A program made the position numbers and the translations under genes. From NCBI GenBank assembly GCA_951406725.2, contig OX597834.1, forward strand, positions 14,198,001 through 14,262,000: a DNA stretch of 64,000 nt. The letters are read 5' to 3'. Under the pieces are notes generated by a model. It was not told where the DNA came from. It was given only the letters and a program-made list of their open reading frames with translations, and did not search any database. This stretch comes from Octopus vulgaris. Lineage: Eukaryota. This document shows, one piece after another, positions 28,081-42,230 of the stretch. Every line of letters starts with the position of its first letter. Within the stretch, counting starts at the first letter, position 1.

Positions 28081-29475
28081 GGGCCTACAATAACTTTGAA
28101 TCTTGAAATCAACGTTAGGACTCTAAGGGAAACCTAGTTCAGTTTGAGCAACGAAAATTTGTTATATTTGAGTCTTGGAGGGTATGCGTGTTCTTGAATT
28201 TTCTGGGTATATCCATCGTAATTGTATCAAAACCCGTAACATACATTTGATTAAAGTAATCAATAAATAAGTACCATAGGTCAATCAGGAATGGTGTTGG
28301 TGTGATTGGTATAAACTATGAGGTTATCAGCGTCAGAGAATGGCTGCAACTTTCTGAGTTCAAATTCCGCCGAGGTCGACTTTGCCTTTCATCCTTTCGG
28401 GATCGATAAATTAAGTACCAGTTACGCACTAAGGGTCGATATAATAAATAAGGGATGCAAATTTACGTTTCCATTTCTTTATCGAATATGTAATTCTAGG
28501 AAAATACAAAAATTCTAGGAAAATACAAAAATGACATTTTCAAAAGTACGATATTTATTCTCTTAAATCTAATCCAGCATGGCAACATAAATCACACCTT
28601 GAGAGATTTCTTTGAGTAAATTCTTAAATAACAGGAATACAGTAATGAATATCATAAAAAATATAGTAATTAGGATATATAGTTTGTTACAGCACCTCAG
28701 AACAAAGCCGAAGTTAATCATGAAACATCGAAGAGCATCTAGAATGTGGCAAATCAAATGAGAACTTTATAAGATGGAGAAATGTTGTAAAACAAGTAAT
28801 CCAAACAATGGAATTACTATGAAATTATTTATATTGCCTTCTAATTTATATTGCCTTCTATGCGTTTTTACGCTATGTAAAGTTTCATTCGTTTATTTCT
28901 CTGTATTTTCGTTCATGAAATTTGATGTTTAAATTTACTGCAAGACTTTGAATGGATATGAAACGAGTGAAATTCATATATAACGCCCGTCTTCTTTTGT
29001 TAAGATTGTTTGTGATCTCGGCTTTGTTCTTACAGGGATTTTATGTTTCATAACAAACGCGCATACCAGTTTGTATTGTCTTGGTTTGCGTTTATAGTTC
29101 GATGTATTTTATATCCGATTTGAAGCAGCTCTCGTTTCATGCGTTTATTTGCAATGGCGTTCTGCGTCATCACTTATTCGACCAGCCTGTGTCCCAGCAC
29201 TGTCAATTTCTTGTTATTTCACAAGAGGAAGACAGTGCTACTTCTTGCAGTTAGTTGTTTTGATATCTACGTCCTCACTTAGTCGACTACTCTGTCCTAG
29301 CACAGTCAATTCACAACTGTACAATTTCACAACTATGATTTCAGAGATTGGAGTTCGTTTTGCGGAGGTTTTGAAGCTATGTCCATCACAATTGAACGCT
29401 TACGATCCACACTCTATTGTCTGTAGACGACAGCTGTACGTTACACAAAATATATTTGTTCTTTCTTTATTATCT

Positions 29476-29950
29476 GGAGACGTGTGGCTTAGTGGTTAGG
29501 GTGGCAGAAACGTTAGCACGCCGGGCGAAATGCGTAGCCGTATTTCGTCTGCCGTTACGTTCTGAGTTCAAATTCCGCCGAGGTCGACTTTGCCTTTCAT
29601 CCTTTCGGGGTCGATAAATTAAGTACCAGTTACGCACTGGAGGTCGATATAATCGACTTAATCCGTTTGTCTGTCCTTGTTTGTCCCCTCTGTGTTTAGC
29701 CCCTTGTGGGTATTTAAGAAATAGGTTAGGGTGTCAGCATCATGATCGTAAGATCGTGGTTTCGATTCCTAGACCGGGCGACGCGTTGTGTTTTTGAGCA
29801 AAACACTTCATTTCACGTTGCTCCAGTTCACTCAGCTGGCAAAAATGAGTAACGCTGCGATGGACTGGCGTCCCGTCCAGCTGGGGAACCCATACGCCAT
29901 TGAAACCGGAAAACTGGGCCCATGTGCCTGGCTAGGCTTTAAATTGGCGC
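29476..29950 (+). mobile_element. Family D-type CORE SINE with a V-domain-like tail, interrupted by a family B SINE (29504-29723)
   Basis: 10-bp duplication GGTTAGGGTG at 29494-29503 and 29724-29733; host head resumes with B box GGTTTCGATTCC; tail GATGGACTGGCGTCCCGTCCAG. Confidence 0.9.
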
Positions 29951-30631
29951 ATTTATTTATTTCTTATTTTCTCTAATATGCAACGAATTTATAGTCGTAT
30001 ATTTCCGGTGTTGCTGTCGCCGAAGTAATTACTGGCCGCTGTATTTATTCAGATGTAACTTATATTAGCTGTTCGTGGGAATTGTTCCACCATGATTTTA
30101 GTGATAAGATAAAATATTCTGAATTCGCGGCTAAATATCTGGCACGTCATTGATAGAGAATCAACCATATTCAATTCAAGCCAAATTTAAATCTTAATTT
30201 CGTTTGAAGAAATTAGACTCCAATGGTGGATTCTTCTATGCGACAAACTGGCGCTTTCCCGGTATTATCTCACGTAGCATATGAGTCGAATGCCATTGCT
30301 ATTCATTTTTCTTGGCACTGTTCACAGATTCTTTTACAGAATGATACATTTTAAGTGATTCTTGAGTAATTACCAATTAATCGTTTAAATATGGAGATTT
30401 TAGCCGTCATGTATTTGTCTTTGCCATGTAATTATCAGTTTTCCAAGTGTTAAGACGTCGTTTTATGAAATATTTCCAACGGCGACGTTTCGATTTTTGA
30501 TCCGCTTGTCATTTCTGAGGAAAAAATACTGTTATAGGAAATTAAAATTATCAGTTATAAGAAATATCTTCAAAAGAGAAGAGTTAGATCTGAAATAATT
30601 CATATCATTATGTATCGTACCGAAACAAATA

Positions 30632-31018
30632 GTGGAGGCGCAATGGCCCAGTGGTTATGGCAGCGGACTTGCGGTCATAGGATCGCGGTTTCGATTCCCA
30701 GACTGGGCGTTGTGAGTGTTTATTGAGCGAAAACACCTAAAGCTCCACGAGGCTCTGGCAGGGGATGGTGGTGATCCCTGCTGTACTCTTTCACCACAAC
30801 TTTCTCTCACTCTTACTTCCTGTTTCTGTTGTACCTGTATTTCAAAGGGCCGGCCTTGTCACTCTCTGTGTCACGCTGAATATCCCCGAGAACTACGTTA
30901 AGGGTACACGTGTCTGTGGAGTGCTCAGCCACTTATACGTTAATTTCACGAGCAGGCTGTTTCGTTGATTCGGATCAACCGGAACCCTCATCGTCGTAAC
31001 CGACGGAGTGCTTCCATC
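30632..31018 (+). mobile_element. Full-length SINE family C
   Basis: A box TGGCCCAGTGG, B box GGTTTCGATTCC; perfect 13-bp TSD ACCGAAACAAATA at 30619-30631 and 31019-31031. Confidence 0.93.
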
Positions 31019-31453
31019 ACCGAAACAAATATATTTTGTTTATTCTTCAGTAAAACATTCCCGTTTTGGCCACCAAGAGATGCAAGTGCTTTCAAACTGT
31101 GTACTCGCCCCTTCATTCGTTTTAAACATAATGATTCATATTTCCTTTTTTTTTACCCAGCGGAAAATCTCTTTCACGAAACTCCTTATCATGTCTTTCA
31201 AATTCTTTGGAATACCTAACATTGCACGCACATACGTAGATGCATTTGGTCACCGGTCTTTTAGACAAAAATTAACCTGAAACAAAATAATTGGATGGAC
31301 TCTTTAGATGGTGCTGCAAAAATACAGATATTTCAAAAGATCATATTCGTGGAGTCCCCTAGCGGACAATTGGGACAAGGGATATGATGGTGTTTTCATA
31401 ATATTTAAGGGACTTCAAAATTTTAACATAAAAGAAATATGTAAAAATGCATA

Positions 31454-31500
<47 letters not shown>

Positions 31501-31532
31501 AAACGCAAACACAATCACAAACACACACACAG

Positions 31533-31590
<58 letters not shown>

Positions 31591-32394
31591 GTGGAAATAT
31601 AAGTTCAAAAAAGAACAATTCAAAATGTTTGGTGCATATTTGTGTGTATGTATGTGTGTCTGTGTGTGTGGGTTGGTGGGTGGGTTTTTGTGTGGGTGTC
31701 TGCATGTATGTATCGTCTTTTGTTTTTCGTTATTTAATTTTTTCCTCTGAGAAAAGAACTGGTTTCTAACAAAGATACAAATGTAGAATGTAGAAAACAA
31801 AACAATATCTTATTTTAAATTTCATAAAATCTTTCATGTCTTTACTATTCCACTTATAAATTTCATTTATAATGTGCGAGTTAGTTGGTTGAAAACGCTA
31901 GTTTCTCTATGTTGTTTTCGAAGCAATTGCCCAGTGTTATTCTCTTTCTTTTTGAGTTTTAAACGAGAGCTGACCTCTATGACGCTACATACTTTTTCTT
32001 ATCTGTCCGAAACTACAAAACACCGTATGTTACGTTTACAACTGACAGATGTTTCGATGGGCATGTACCACTAATATTCCTTGTATTGATGTTTGTGTAT
32101 GTATTCAATAACAAAGTGTATCTCTGATTTCATTCCTGGACGGTCTTTCTTCCAAATATCTTTGAATATTTTATTTTTGCTATAACGTCGTATCACAGAC
32201 GGAGGTAATAACTTTATGACGTACATGGACAGTTGCTAATCACTTGTGATATCTTCCATAGTAATAAGAAATAGCCTACATATTCGGTTGCGTCTTGCTG
32301 CTCCAAGATTTTCCTTGTCTCTTTTTGTATGTATGTATATATGTATCTATAAAGGTATGTATGCATATATGACTGTATGTATGTATGTATTCTC

Positions 32395-32702
32395 TTTCTT
32401 TTACTCTTTTACTTGTTTCAGTCATTTGACTGCGGCCATGCTGGAGCACCACCTTTTGTCGAGCAAATCGACCCCGGGACTTATTCTTTGTAAGCCCAGT
32501 ACTTATTCTATCGGTCTCTTTTGCCGAACCGCTAAGTTACGGGGACATAAACACACCAGCATCGGTTGTCAAGCAATGCTAAAGGGACAAACAAACACAC
32601 GCATATATATATACATATATACGACGGGCTTCTTTCAGTTTCCATCTACCAAATCCACTCAAAAGGCTTTGGTCAGTCTGAGGCTATAGTAGAAGACACT
32701 TG
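32395..32702 (-). mobile_element. SINE family A lacking the tRNA head
   Basis: Matches 81-410. Confidence 0.88.
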
Positions 32703-33543
32703 TATGTATGTATAATATATTATATTTCTATGGAAGTGTGCATGTATATGTGTATGTATGTGTTTTGTTTTCGCTTACTTAATACAAGGTAACTTCGTGT
32801 CAGTCGTTATCATATATAGCACTATTTCATTCTTATCAGAAATCATCAGCATTACATGAGGGGACGTATATAGATTTAATAATCTCTCTTGTGAGACATT
32901 TCTCATACATGGAAAAACTGTAAAATCTGACAGAAATCCATTCCTTGTGTGATATCTTTTCCCTTTTCCTTGACTGAGTTTTACTTAATTAGTAATCAAG
33001 ACAACTGACATAAAATTATTAGTGTCTACATTCAGGAAAAATATATACATTTCAATGCACATAGTAATACAGTTCTATAGGGGTTAACATTTGAGATTTA
33101 CTATAAATGAAATTCCAAATTATACAGGGATACGAATTAAGAATTTTTTTATCATGAAGCTTAACTGGACAACAATTAAATCCCAGAGTTCTCTTGAACT
33201 GTGGATCAATACGATACTACCCTAAGAAATCTCATATTAGCATAATGACTAAAGCTCCCAGAGATATTCATTGAATGTTACTCTTTCTTCCGATTTCGTA
33301 AAAAAAAAAAAAAAGAGGGATGCTGAGTGATAATTTTGGTCACCATTAAGACAGCATTTCATGAAAATTAATTGCAACGAATTCAGCAGACTGTAAGATC
33401 TTGAAACGAATATAGGGGATCAGTACTTTGCTTTTGACTAAATTACCATTCAGAATGTATGTATAATGAGACTGAAAATGCTGGTGACACGTTTATCTCA
33501 ACTAAAGTAAAGCAGTCTCATTAATACGGCCTCCCGCTAAGTG

Positions 33544-33732
<189 letters not shown>

Positions 33733-33788
33733 ACACGGACATGTATATATATTACACACAAACGCGCAAACACACGCACGTGTATATG

Positions 33789-33840
<52 letters not shown>

Positions 33841-34044
33841 GAATCTCCTTCCAACTCCCATCTTAAACACCATATCCTTTACTCTCTTTCTCTCTCTCTC
33901 TCTCTATCTCTTCCTCTCTTGCTCTCTCCCCCCCCTTCGCACTCTACCTCAATCCTTTGCTCATCTTTAACTTGCTTTCAGAAAACCATGGAATCTACAT
34001 GATTTACTGCTTGTCGCCTGTACAGAAAGATAGGATAGTTAAGC

Positions 34045-34273
<229 letters not shown>

Positions 34274-34788
34274 TACATATATACATATAAATACAGATAT
34301 ATGTATGTATGTATATATATATATATATATATATATGTTATATATTATTTTATACATAATCATATTCCGCATACACGCATACACATATATATCATAGATA
34401 CGATATGCGTAAATCTATATCTAATTATATATATATATGCTTGTTAGCGTCGGTCAGCGTGTGAGAACGTGTGTCTGTGTGTGCGTGTGTGTCTGTGTGT
34501 GTGACTGCGTGTGCGTGTGTGTGTGTGTATCTGAGTGTGGATAGCCACAAATTCTATGTAGGAAATGACATTAGAATACGCACACAGTTATTTAAGCGTA
34601 TAAGACATATTTCATACCATATCAATATATACATACGGACACACATACACACACACGCACATACATAAATATACCTACCCCTAATTCACTTTTCTTCTCC
34701 TCTCGCTCCCTCCACGCTCTAACACACACACACACACACACATACACGCGCGCGTTCATACATATATAAAGACTTACATACACACGTA

Positions 34789-34823
<35 letters not shown>

Positions 34824-35357
34824 TATAGAACTTACGCGCTCGACTAGCCAATAACCTGTGTAGGATACTGTCATGTGTACTTACTGAAGCGAGTTGTTTT
34901 ATGGTTGAGTGCATCAAATGGTGCTATCCACTTTAACAGACCTGACACCTAACGAATATATCGCGACAGTAGATCTAGCGAGAACAGTCAGTGAACACGA
35001 GGGACATTTCTTTACATTTTTGCTTTTTATTTTCGTTCCTCAATTATTCATATACCATTTACTGCTTTTTTTTAAATGTATTTTCATCTTTTTAATCTTT
35101 TGTTTTGTAGGTTTTTTTTTCTCCCTATCGTTTCTAAGTAAATAGGTTCATGACGATATTTTATATTCAAATGTTTCCAACTTTTACATAACAAGGTTAA
35201 TATTCTTCGACGTTCAGCGACACAGAACAACAATAAAAACAACGACAAGAACAACTCTAGCGTTATCCAGAACTATACTTGCACCACCACTGTTAAGAAC
35301 AACAAGAACAACATCAACAAAATATGAATAATGAATATCATTAGTAGTATGATTTAG

Positions 35358-35570
35358 GAAGCGAGCTGGCAGAATCTTTCGCACGCCGGACTAAATACTT
35401 AGCGGCGTTTTGTCCGTGTTTAATTTCCGAGTTCAAAAACTTCGCCGAGGTTGACTTTGAGTTACATCGTTTTTGATGTCTATAAAATAAATACCAGTGG
35501 AACTCTGGGGTCGATGTAATTGACTTGGTCTCTCCCCCGAACTTGCAAGCCTTGTACCAAAATTTGAAAC
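35358..35570 (+). mobile_element. SINE family B, diverged short-tail type
   Basis: GCGAGCTGGCAGAATC...GAGGTTGACTTTG...GGGGTCGATGTAATTGAC. Confidence 0.75.
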
Positions 35571-35960
35571 TAAGGTACGATTAAGGTAAAATCTCTGGCT
35601 TGGCAGTGCTTTCGTGCGGCGTTACCTGTTCAAGACAAACTTTCAAGGCACACGATTGCCGTCTCACCGACATGTCCGTGATGCCCGCATTTGTGGAGTT
35701 ACGGAAATTGAAGACTCTGATAATTTTCGCAGAACAACTGTTGTCATCGATGGGAAGAGTGCAGCTAACTGCTTAGTCTATCATCCAGATTGTGCCGCCT
35801 TCCTCCCTTAACAGGGAAGGGAATGCTTGTATTTTCTGCGTGGTAGTCATACTGAAAGAAACAGTATGGAAGACGTCTCTGACCAGGGGTGGGTAAACTT
35901 TTTTAGTTACCACCTCATAAGTAGGATTAGGCAGGAGAAGAGGTGCCTGACGCTGAGTAC

Positions 35961-36290
35961 ATTTGTAAAAAGATGTAAGCTTGTAGCAAACAAGTTGAGA
36001 GTGATCGGAACCAGGTAAGCAGGGTCAGTGGTAGAAAGCAAGGATTCTACCCAGATGACTGAATGCATTTCCTTCCGCGGCATATTGTTGATTTTTGCAA
36101 CAATATTTATGCAAATAAAATTTTTAATTACATCTGTAATCACATTATTCATACGAACATTAATTTTTAACTAAAAGCAGCTTCTTCACCCTTTGTGTTT
36201 TTCCTTGTTCATCCCATCTGTGTACTGCCTATATGGCAAATTTCCCGTTGTGGAAGTGTACTGCCTGTATGGCAAATTTATGTAGTGGAA
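35961..36290. mobile_element. Dispersed repeat family H with ~2 copies of a 36-bp unit
   Basis: Highly similar to 41135-41390, followed by the GGCAAATTTCCCGTTGTGGAAGTGTACTGCCTGTAT unit. Confidence 0.85.
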
Positions 36291-36441
36291 GTATTCTCGG
36301 GTTCTCAATGTTTTCTAAAGGGAAGAAGTTATACGGGATTAAAAGGGGAGGCGCTGTGGAATTTCCACTCTCCAGTGACTAAATATGGACTGCCTCACTG
36401 ATATGAAATAAAGAACTGTGAGCGATTCAGTTCCACTTTAC

Positions 36442-36483
<42 letters not shown>

Positions 36484-37200
36484 AAAATGAAGAACATACT
36501 CGTATATACCAATTGAGCTTTTGTTTTTTTAAGTCAACTATGATGGAAACAATGTTGACCTCGTTTCGATTTGCACTTTAAAAAAACAAGATCGGGAACG
36601 AATACAGCAAAATAATTTTTTCCGACGCTCTAACATCTTAGCCTTTTAGCCGCATTAAATCACGCATTAATTTGTTCAGAAGGAAATGAATTATAGCATG
36701 AAGTAATTCTATATACAACGAAGACATCGGGTCTTTAGAGGTTGGAATGTATTTAATCATACATCTGCTGCTCGTTTAAGATATCCCTGAGGCTACACAA
36801 AATCAACAGCATCATCTATCGCATGGTGCTTCAATATGCACCGAACTGCTCCAGACCTGGAAACGAGAGAACGTGACTTTCAGATTCAAGTGTATAGGTC
36901 AAATAAACAAAAGCGCATTGCCCCAGGCAAGACATGATCTCGTTGTAAATCACTGGGCTTTCCTTTTGTAGAGAGCAATCGAAATGTCAACGAAATCCAT
37001 GATACGTTGTTGGCTATAAGAGAAATATAATGCATTGGTGAATGGAGAAAGGTGACTGTGTGTACAACACTACATCTCCTATCGAAACGAGATAAATAAT
37101 AAAAAAAAGACAAAATGATATCTATTAACATACATGTTAATACTTGGTTTAAAAGGGAACGAGAAATACATTAAGCTAAGCTTAATCCGTTTTGTCTCTC

Positions 37201-37261
<61 letters not shown>

Positions 37262-37263
<2 letters not shown>

Positions 37264-37403
37264 TTACTCTTTACTCTTTTACTTGTTTCAGTCATTGACT
37301 GCGACCATGCTGGAGCACCGCCTTTAGTCGGGCAAATCAACCCCGGGACTTATTCTTTGTAAGCCCAGTACTTATTCTATCGGTCTCTTTTGCCGAACCG
37401 CTA
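37262..37403 (-). mobile_element. SINE family A 3' fragment between (AT)n tracts
   Basis: Matches 81-221. Confidence 0.88.
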
Positions 37404-37431
37404 TATATATATATATATATTTTTTTTTTGA

Positions 37432-37854
37432 GTAGTTGAATGAATTATCTTGTTATGGATAATTCGGTTAACCGATACCTGGGTAGCAAATTCACATCAG
37501 AGAAGACACGTTTGAAGTTACGTGGTTTCGTGTGGAAATTTGTATGTTTTTTTTTAAATATAAATATATGAAAGAATGGAGTTGAACGACGAATTAACAA
37601 AATTCCTTTATTTTCGACATATGTTTCGAAAGCTGCATATTCCTAATTGCGAAGGAATAAGGAGTATATGGGCTCCGTGTGAGCAGTAATCTAAAAATTT
37701 TTTGTGTATCTTGATGTTGACATAAGTTCCTTGCTTTTCCTGATGAGAAAGCGGCATAATATACTCCTTATTCCTTCGCAATTAGGAATATGCAGCCTTC
37801 GAAACATATGTCGAAAATAAAGGAATTTTGTTAATTCGTCGTTCAACTCCATTC

Positions 37855-37862
<8 letters not shown>
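37432..37862 (+). mobile_element. Family K element, internally deleted, with an inverted ~100-bp duplication of its end
   Basis: 37432-37555 is the revcomp of ~17388-17522; 37668-37862 is the revcomp of ~16806-17000; 37565-37667 is an inverted copy of 37760-37862. Confidence 0.85.
37735..37817 (+). ncRNA. Type I hammerhead ribozyme, intact core
   Basis: TTTTC-CTGATGA-GAAAGCGGCATA...TATGCAGCCTTC-GAAA-CATATG-TC/GAAAA; GUC site at 37810-37812; stem I extends through AAGTTCCTT:AAGGAATTT. Confidence 0.85.
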
Positions 37863-37890
<28 letters not shown>

Positions 37891-38095
37891 ATATTTCGGA
37901 ATGGTCATTTTGCCAGTTTAGCCAAACAAATCACACGCACTATATATTTGGTGTTACTTTGCTTCAGTGTTATTTATTTTTTACATTAATCTTAATCTTA
38001 TTTCGGCCAAAGTTCATTCGTCACACTCCTGTGGCCCCATCAGTGGTCCTTTGTTTACTTCTTTCTTATTTGTGTCTCTCCTTACTAACCGTCAC

Positions 38096-38133
<38 letters not shown>

Positions 38134-38230
38134 TTAGAGACAAAACCACTATTTTGCAAATCAAACAAAGAAAGACTTAATCCAATACATAAAAAAATTT
38201 TTTAATATAAATTAAATAAAATTATATTCG

Positions 38231-38276
38231 CCACTACAATTGTTTCATGTCTCTTGTCAGGACATTCATCAGGTGG
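38231..38276 (-). ncRNA. Type I hammerhead ribozyme, intact core
   Basis: CCAC-CTGATGA-ATGTC(CTGACAAGA)GACAT-GAAA-CAATTG-TA/GTGG. Confidence 0.87.
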
Positions 38277-38358
38277 ATTTCAGATCTAAAAATAATCAAT
38301 ATTTTTAAGATATAAATTTAAAATGACTAAAACTATAAATAATATAAATTTATCAATG

Positions 38359-38402
<44 letters not shown>

Positions 38403-38518
38403 CTATATATAATCTATATATAATCAAGAACTAAATTAACCTCTATAAACAATTGAATATACAGAAACCTAGTATTTAAGTTCTCATATTTAAAGATGAA
38501 TAATCTAATTTCAAAAAA

Positions 38519-38562
38519 CACCTGATGAATGTCCTGAGAAGAGACATGAAACAATTGTAGTG
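38519..38562 (+). ncRNA. Type I hammerhead ribozyme, intact core, 3-bp stem I
   Basis: CAC-CTGATGA-ATGTC(CTGAGAAGA)GACAT-GAAA-CAATTG-TA/GTG. Confidence 0.82.
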
Positions 38563-38744
38563 GCGAATATAATTTTATTTAATTTATATTAAAATTTTTT
38601 TTATGTATTGGATTAAGTCTTTCTTTGTTTGATTTGCAAAATAGTGGTTTTGTCTCTAATTAATATTATATAATATTTTACAATAAAATTGGATTCAATC
38701 CTAAATCTGATTTTCCCTGTAAATTTGGATTTATTCCCTAATAT

Positions 38745-39061
<317 letters not shown>

Positions 39062-39977
39062 GTTATTTTCGTTATCATCCTTGTTGTTATCATTATCAAT
39101 CGGTTGACTCCAGGAATGAGATTGTCCTGCATTTATACTCATCAACTGTTCTGAAACCTCCGTGTGTGTGTGTGTGTATGTTTGTTTGTTTGTATGTATA
39201 CATGCATGTGTGTATGTATTCATATGTATACAAATATATGACTACTATTACGCTTAGTGCTGTATTAATTCTAGCCAGTGGCTGGAGTTATCCGCTTCTT
39301 TTCATAATTTCGGTTCATTTATGTGTGATCAAATTTCATTTATTAATCAATTGAATGAGGAACTCCTTCATTCAGGTAAGATGCAGAATGACAGAGAGTT
39401 TATTAAACAAAACTCTTATATTAGCGTGCTATATTTATATAACAATTCATGTTATACATCAGTATTTTAGACGGAGGGTTTTTTGATTTTTATTAAGTAC
39501 ATTCTAAACGATTTACGAATAAAAATTTCCACTTTTTTCTAGGTAATATTTAAGCATTAATTTTAAGAATTTTCTCAAATAATTTATTTCATCATTAATA
39601 AATGGAGCTTATATTTTAGTATGCTAAATATGATCAAACAGAAGATATTTAATGGCACTTAGAACTAGATAATGTTTCTCATATTTTTCATGGAGTTCTT
39701 TCATGCAATACTTAAAAGAATTTAGATGATTTTATTGGTTTTAACGTAGATAACACATAAGTTGGAATTGAAATTAGTTTACTCTGAAATTTTGTAAATG
39801 AAGTTTTCTCTAAAAAGCAATTTTCCCCAAAAAGCAAACCTATTATGTCTAAGTAAAACGTATTTCTAATTCATCGAGTTACATTCCGAACTCCTTCCTT
39901 CGAAATCTCCCTCGATTTTTCAATAAACTCATTCTGTGTTCTCTCCCGTCATCTCGCATATACTTACCTACATTAAA

Positions 39978-40600
39978 GCGGCGAGCTGGCAGAAGAGTTA
40001 GCACGCCGGGTGAAACGCTCAGCGGTATTTCGTCTGCCGTTACGTTCTGAGTTCAAATTCCGTCGTGGTCGACTTTGCCTTTCATCCTATCGGAGGCGAT
40101 AAATTAAGTAACAGTTACGCACTGGGGTCGATGTAATCGACTTAATACCTATGTCTGTCCTTGTTTGTCCTCTCTATGTTTAGCCCCTTGTGTGTAGTAA
40201 AGAAATAGGTATTTCGTCTGTCGTTACGTTTTGAGTTCAAATTCCGCCGTGGTCGACTTTGCCTTTCATCCTTTCATCCTTTCGTTAAACTAAGACAGTG
40301 AGCTGGCAGAGTCGTTTAGCACGCCGGGCGAAATGTGTAGCCGTATTTCGTCTGCCGTTACGTTCTGAGTACAAATTCCGCCGTGGTCGACTTTGCCTTT
40401 CATCCTTTCGGGGTCGATAAATTAAGTACCAATTACGCACTGGGGTCAATGTAATCGACTTAATCCGTTTGTCGGTCCTTCTTTGTCCTCTCTGTGTTTA
40501 GTCGCTTGTGGGTAGTAAAGGAATAGAAGAGTTAGCATGCAGAGCGAAATGCTTAGCGATATCTCTTCTGTCTTTATGTTCTGAGTTCAAATTCCACCGA
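39978..40600 (+). mobile_element. Nested cluster of about four SINE family B segments
   Basis: Repeated CGTTCTGAGTTCAAATTCC blocks; AGAAGAGTTAGCA at 39991 and again at ~40525. Confidence 0.88.
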
Positions 40601-40602
40601 AT

Positions 40603-41126
40603 TTAACGCAGACGTCTCGTTGGGATGACTTGTCGGAGGGAGGTGATTTTGCACTGGTGTTGCACCGAATTGTTGGAGACAAAGTGATGCCATCGGGCAC
40701 GAAGGATGCGGCGTAGACAGAGGTGATCGAAGGATTCTAGTCGCTTGATATATTCCACCCTCATCGGCCATGACTCGCTGCAGTAAAGGAGAATCGTTCG
40801 CACTAGTGCTTGGTCGACCCGTACTTTGGTGGTGCGTCGGATCTCAAATCTTGACCAGAGTCGTGCATTGCGTCGGTTGAAGACTTGGCGAGGGATGTCG
40901 ATTTTTGTTTTAATGTCAGCCTCACTTGACCTGTGGCTGTAATGAAGGCGCCAAGGTATTTGAAACTCTTCACGAATATCACCATTGACAATAAAATAGT
41001 CCAACCTAAAGTCCAACCCCTCCTCATCGTGGTAAGGAGATGAAACGGGAGTGTCAGAGCTATGCCGTCGGAGACTCCGGTTTCTAGTAGGGCCATCGAA
41101 GGCGGTATCAGGGCCGCACCCGTCTA
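40603..41126 (-). mobile_element. RTE-clade LINE remnant (RT C-terminal region, frameshifted)
   Basis: VKSFKYLGAFITATG, frameshift, then EADIKTKI..LWSRFEIRRTTKVRVDQALVRTILLYCSESW..LESFDHLCLRRILRARWHHFVSN..RRLR; GC-rich upstream part probably continues at 42027-42205. Confidence 0.88.
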
Positions 41127-41134
41127 AGAGACGT

Positions 41135-42018
41135 TTGTAAAAATATGGAAGCTTGTAGCAAACAAGTTGAGAGTGATCGGAACCAGGTAAGCGGGGTCAG
41201 TGGCAGAAAGCAAGGATTCTACCCAGATGACTGAATGCATTTCCTTCCGCGGCATATTGTTGATTTTTGCAACAATATTTGTGCAAATAATTTTTTTAAT
41301 TACATTTGTAATCACATTATTGATACGAAAATTAATTTTTAACTAAAAACAGCTTCTTCACCCTTTGTGTTTTTCCTTGTTCATCCTGCATCAAATTTCC
41401 CGTTGTGGAAGTGTACTGCCTATATGGCAAATTTCCCGTTGTGGAAGTGTACTGCCTATTCCTATATGGCAAATTTCTCGTTGTGGAAGTGTACTGCCTG
41501 TATGGCAAATTTCCCGTTGTGGAAGTGTACTGCCTGTATGGCAAATTTCCCGTTGTGGAAGTGTACTGCCTGTGGCCCGTTGTGGAATGTTTCCCGTTGT
41601 GGAAGTGTACTGCCTGTATGGCAAATTTCCCCGTATGGAAATTTCCGTTGTGGAAGTTACTGCCTGTATGGCAAATTTCCCGTTGTGGAAGTGTACTGCC
41701 TGTATGGAATGCCTGTATGGCAAATTTCCCGTTGTGGAAGTGTACTGCCTGTATGGCAAATTTCCCGTTGTGGAAGTGTACTGCCTGTATGGCAAATTTC
41801 CCGTTGTGGAAGTGTACTGCCTGTATGGCAAATTTCCCGTTGTGGAAGTGTACTGCCTGTATGGCAAATTTCCCGTTGTGGAAGTGTACTGCCTGTATGG
41901 CAAATTTCCCGTTGTGGAAGTGTACTGCCGTATGGCAAATTTCCCGTTGTGGAAGTGTACTGCCTGTATGGCAAATTTACCGTTGTGGAAGTGTACTGCC
42001 TGTATGGCAAATTTATGT
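41135..42018. mobile_element. Family H insertion with expanded VNTR, flanked by AGAGACGT
   Basis: AGAGACGT at 41127-41134 and 42019-42026; homologous to 35961-36290. Confidence 0.8.
41394..42018. repeat. 36-bp minisatellite, roughly 17 copies
   Basis: Unit ATGGCAAATTTCCCGTTGTGGAAGTGTACTGCCTGT, head-to-tail, no spacers. Confidence 0.95.
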
Positions 42019-42230
42019 AGAGACGTCTGGAGAACAGAAACGTCTGATCCGACGACCTGCCGCTTCAACCTGTCCTGTCCCGTCCCTGCGTCTGTGGAAA
42101 ATCTACGGCAAACAAGACGTTCTCCCAACAGGGATATACTTGCGGCTGGGGACCGCTAGCGAACTTCCTGTTCCCAAGATCCTTCAGACATTCCTCATGG
42201 ACATCAATAATATTATGGAGGAAGTAATAG

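Noticed and set aside
35590-35660. Possible RTE fragment (KSLAW / LFKTNFQGT)
   Set aside because: Too short and frameshifted to support without a search
41394-42018. 36-bp repeats as a CRISPR array or a repeat protein (ORFs of 217-295 aa)
   Set aside because: Units are contiguous with no unique spacers, there are no cas genes, and the context is eukaryotic; indels shift frames freely, so not coding
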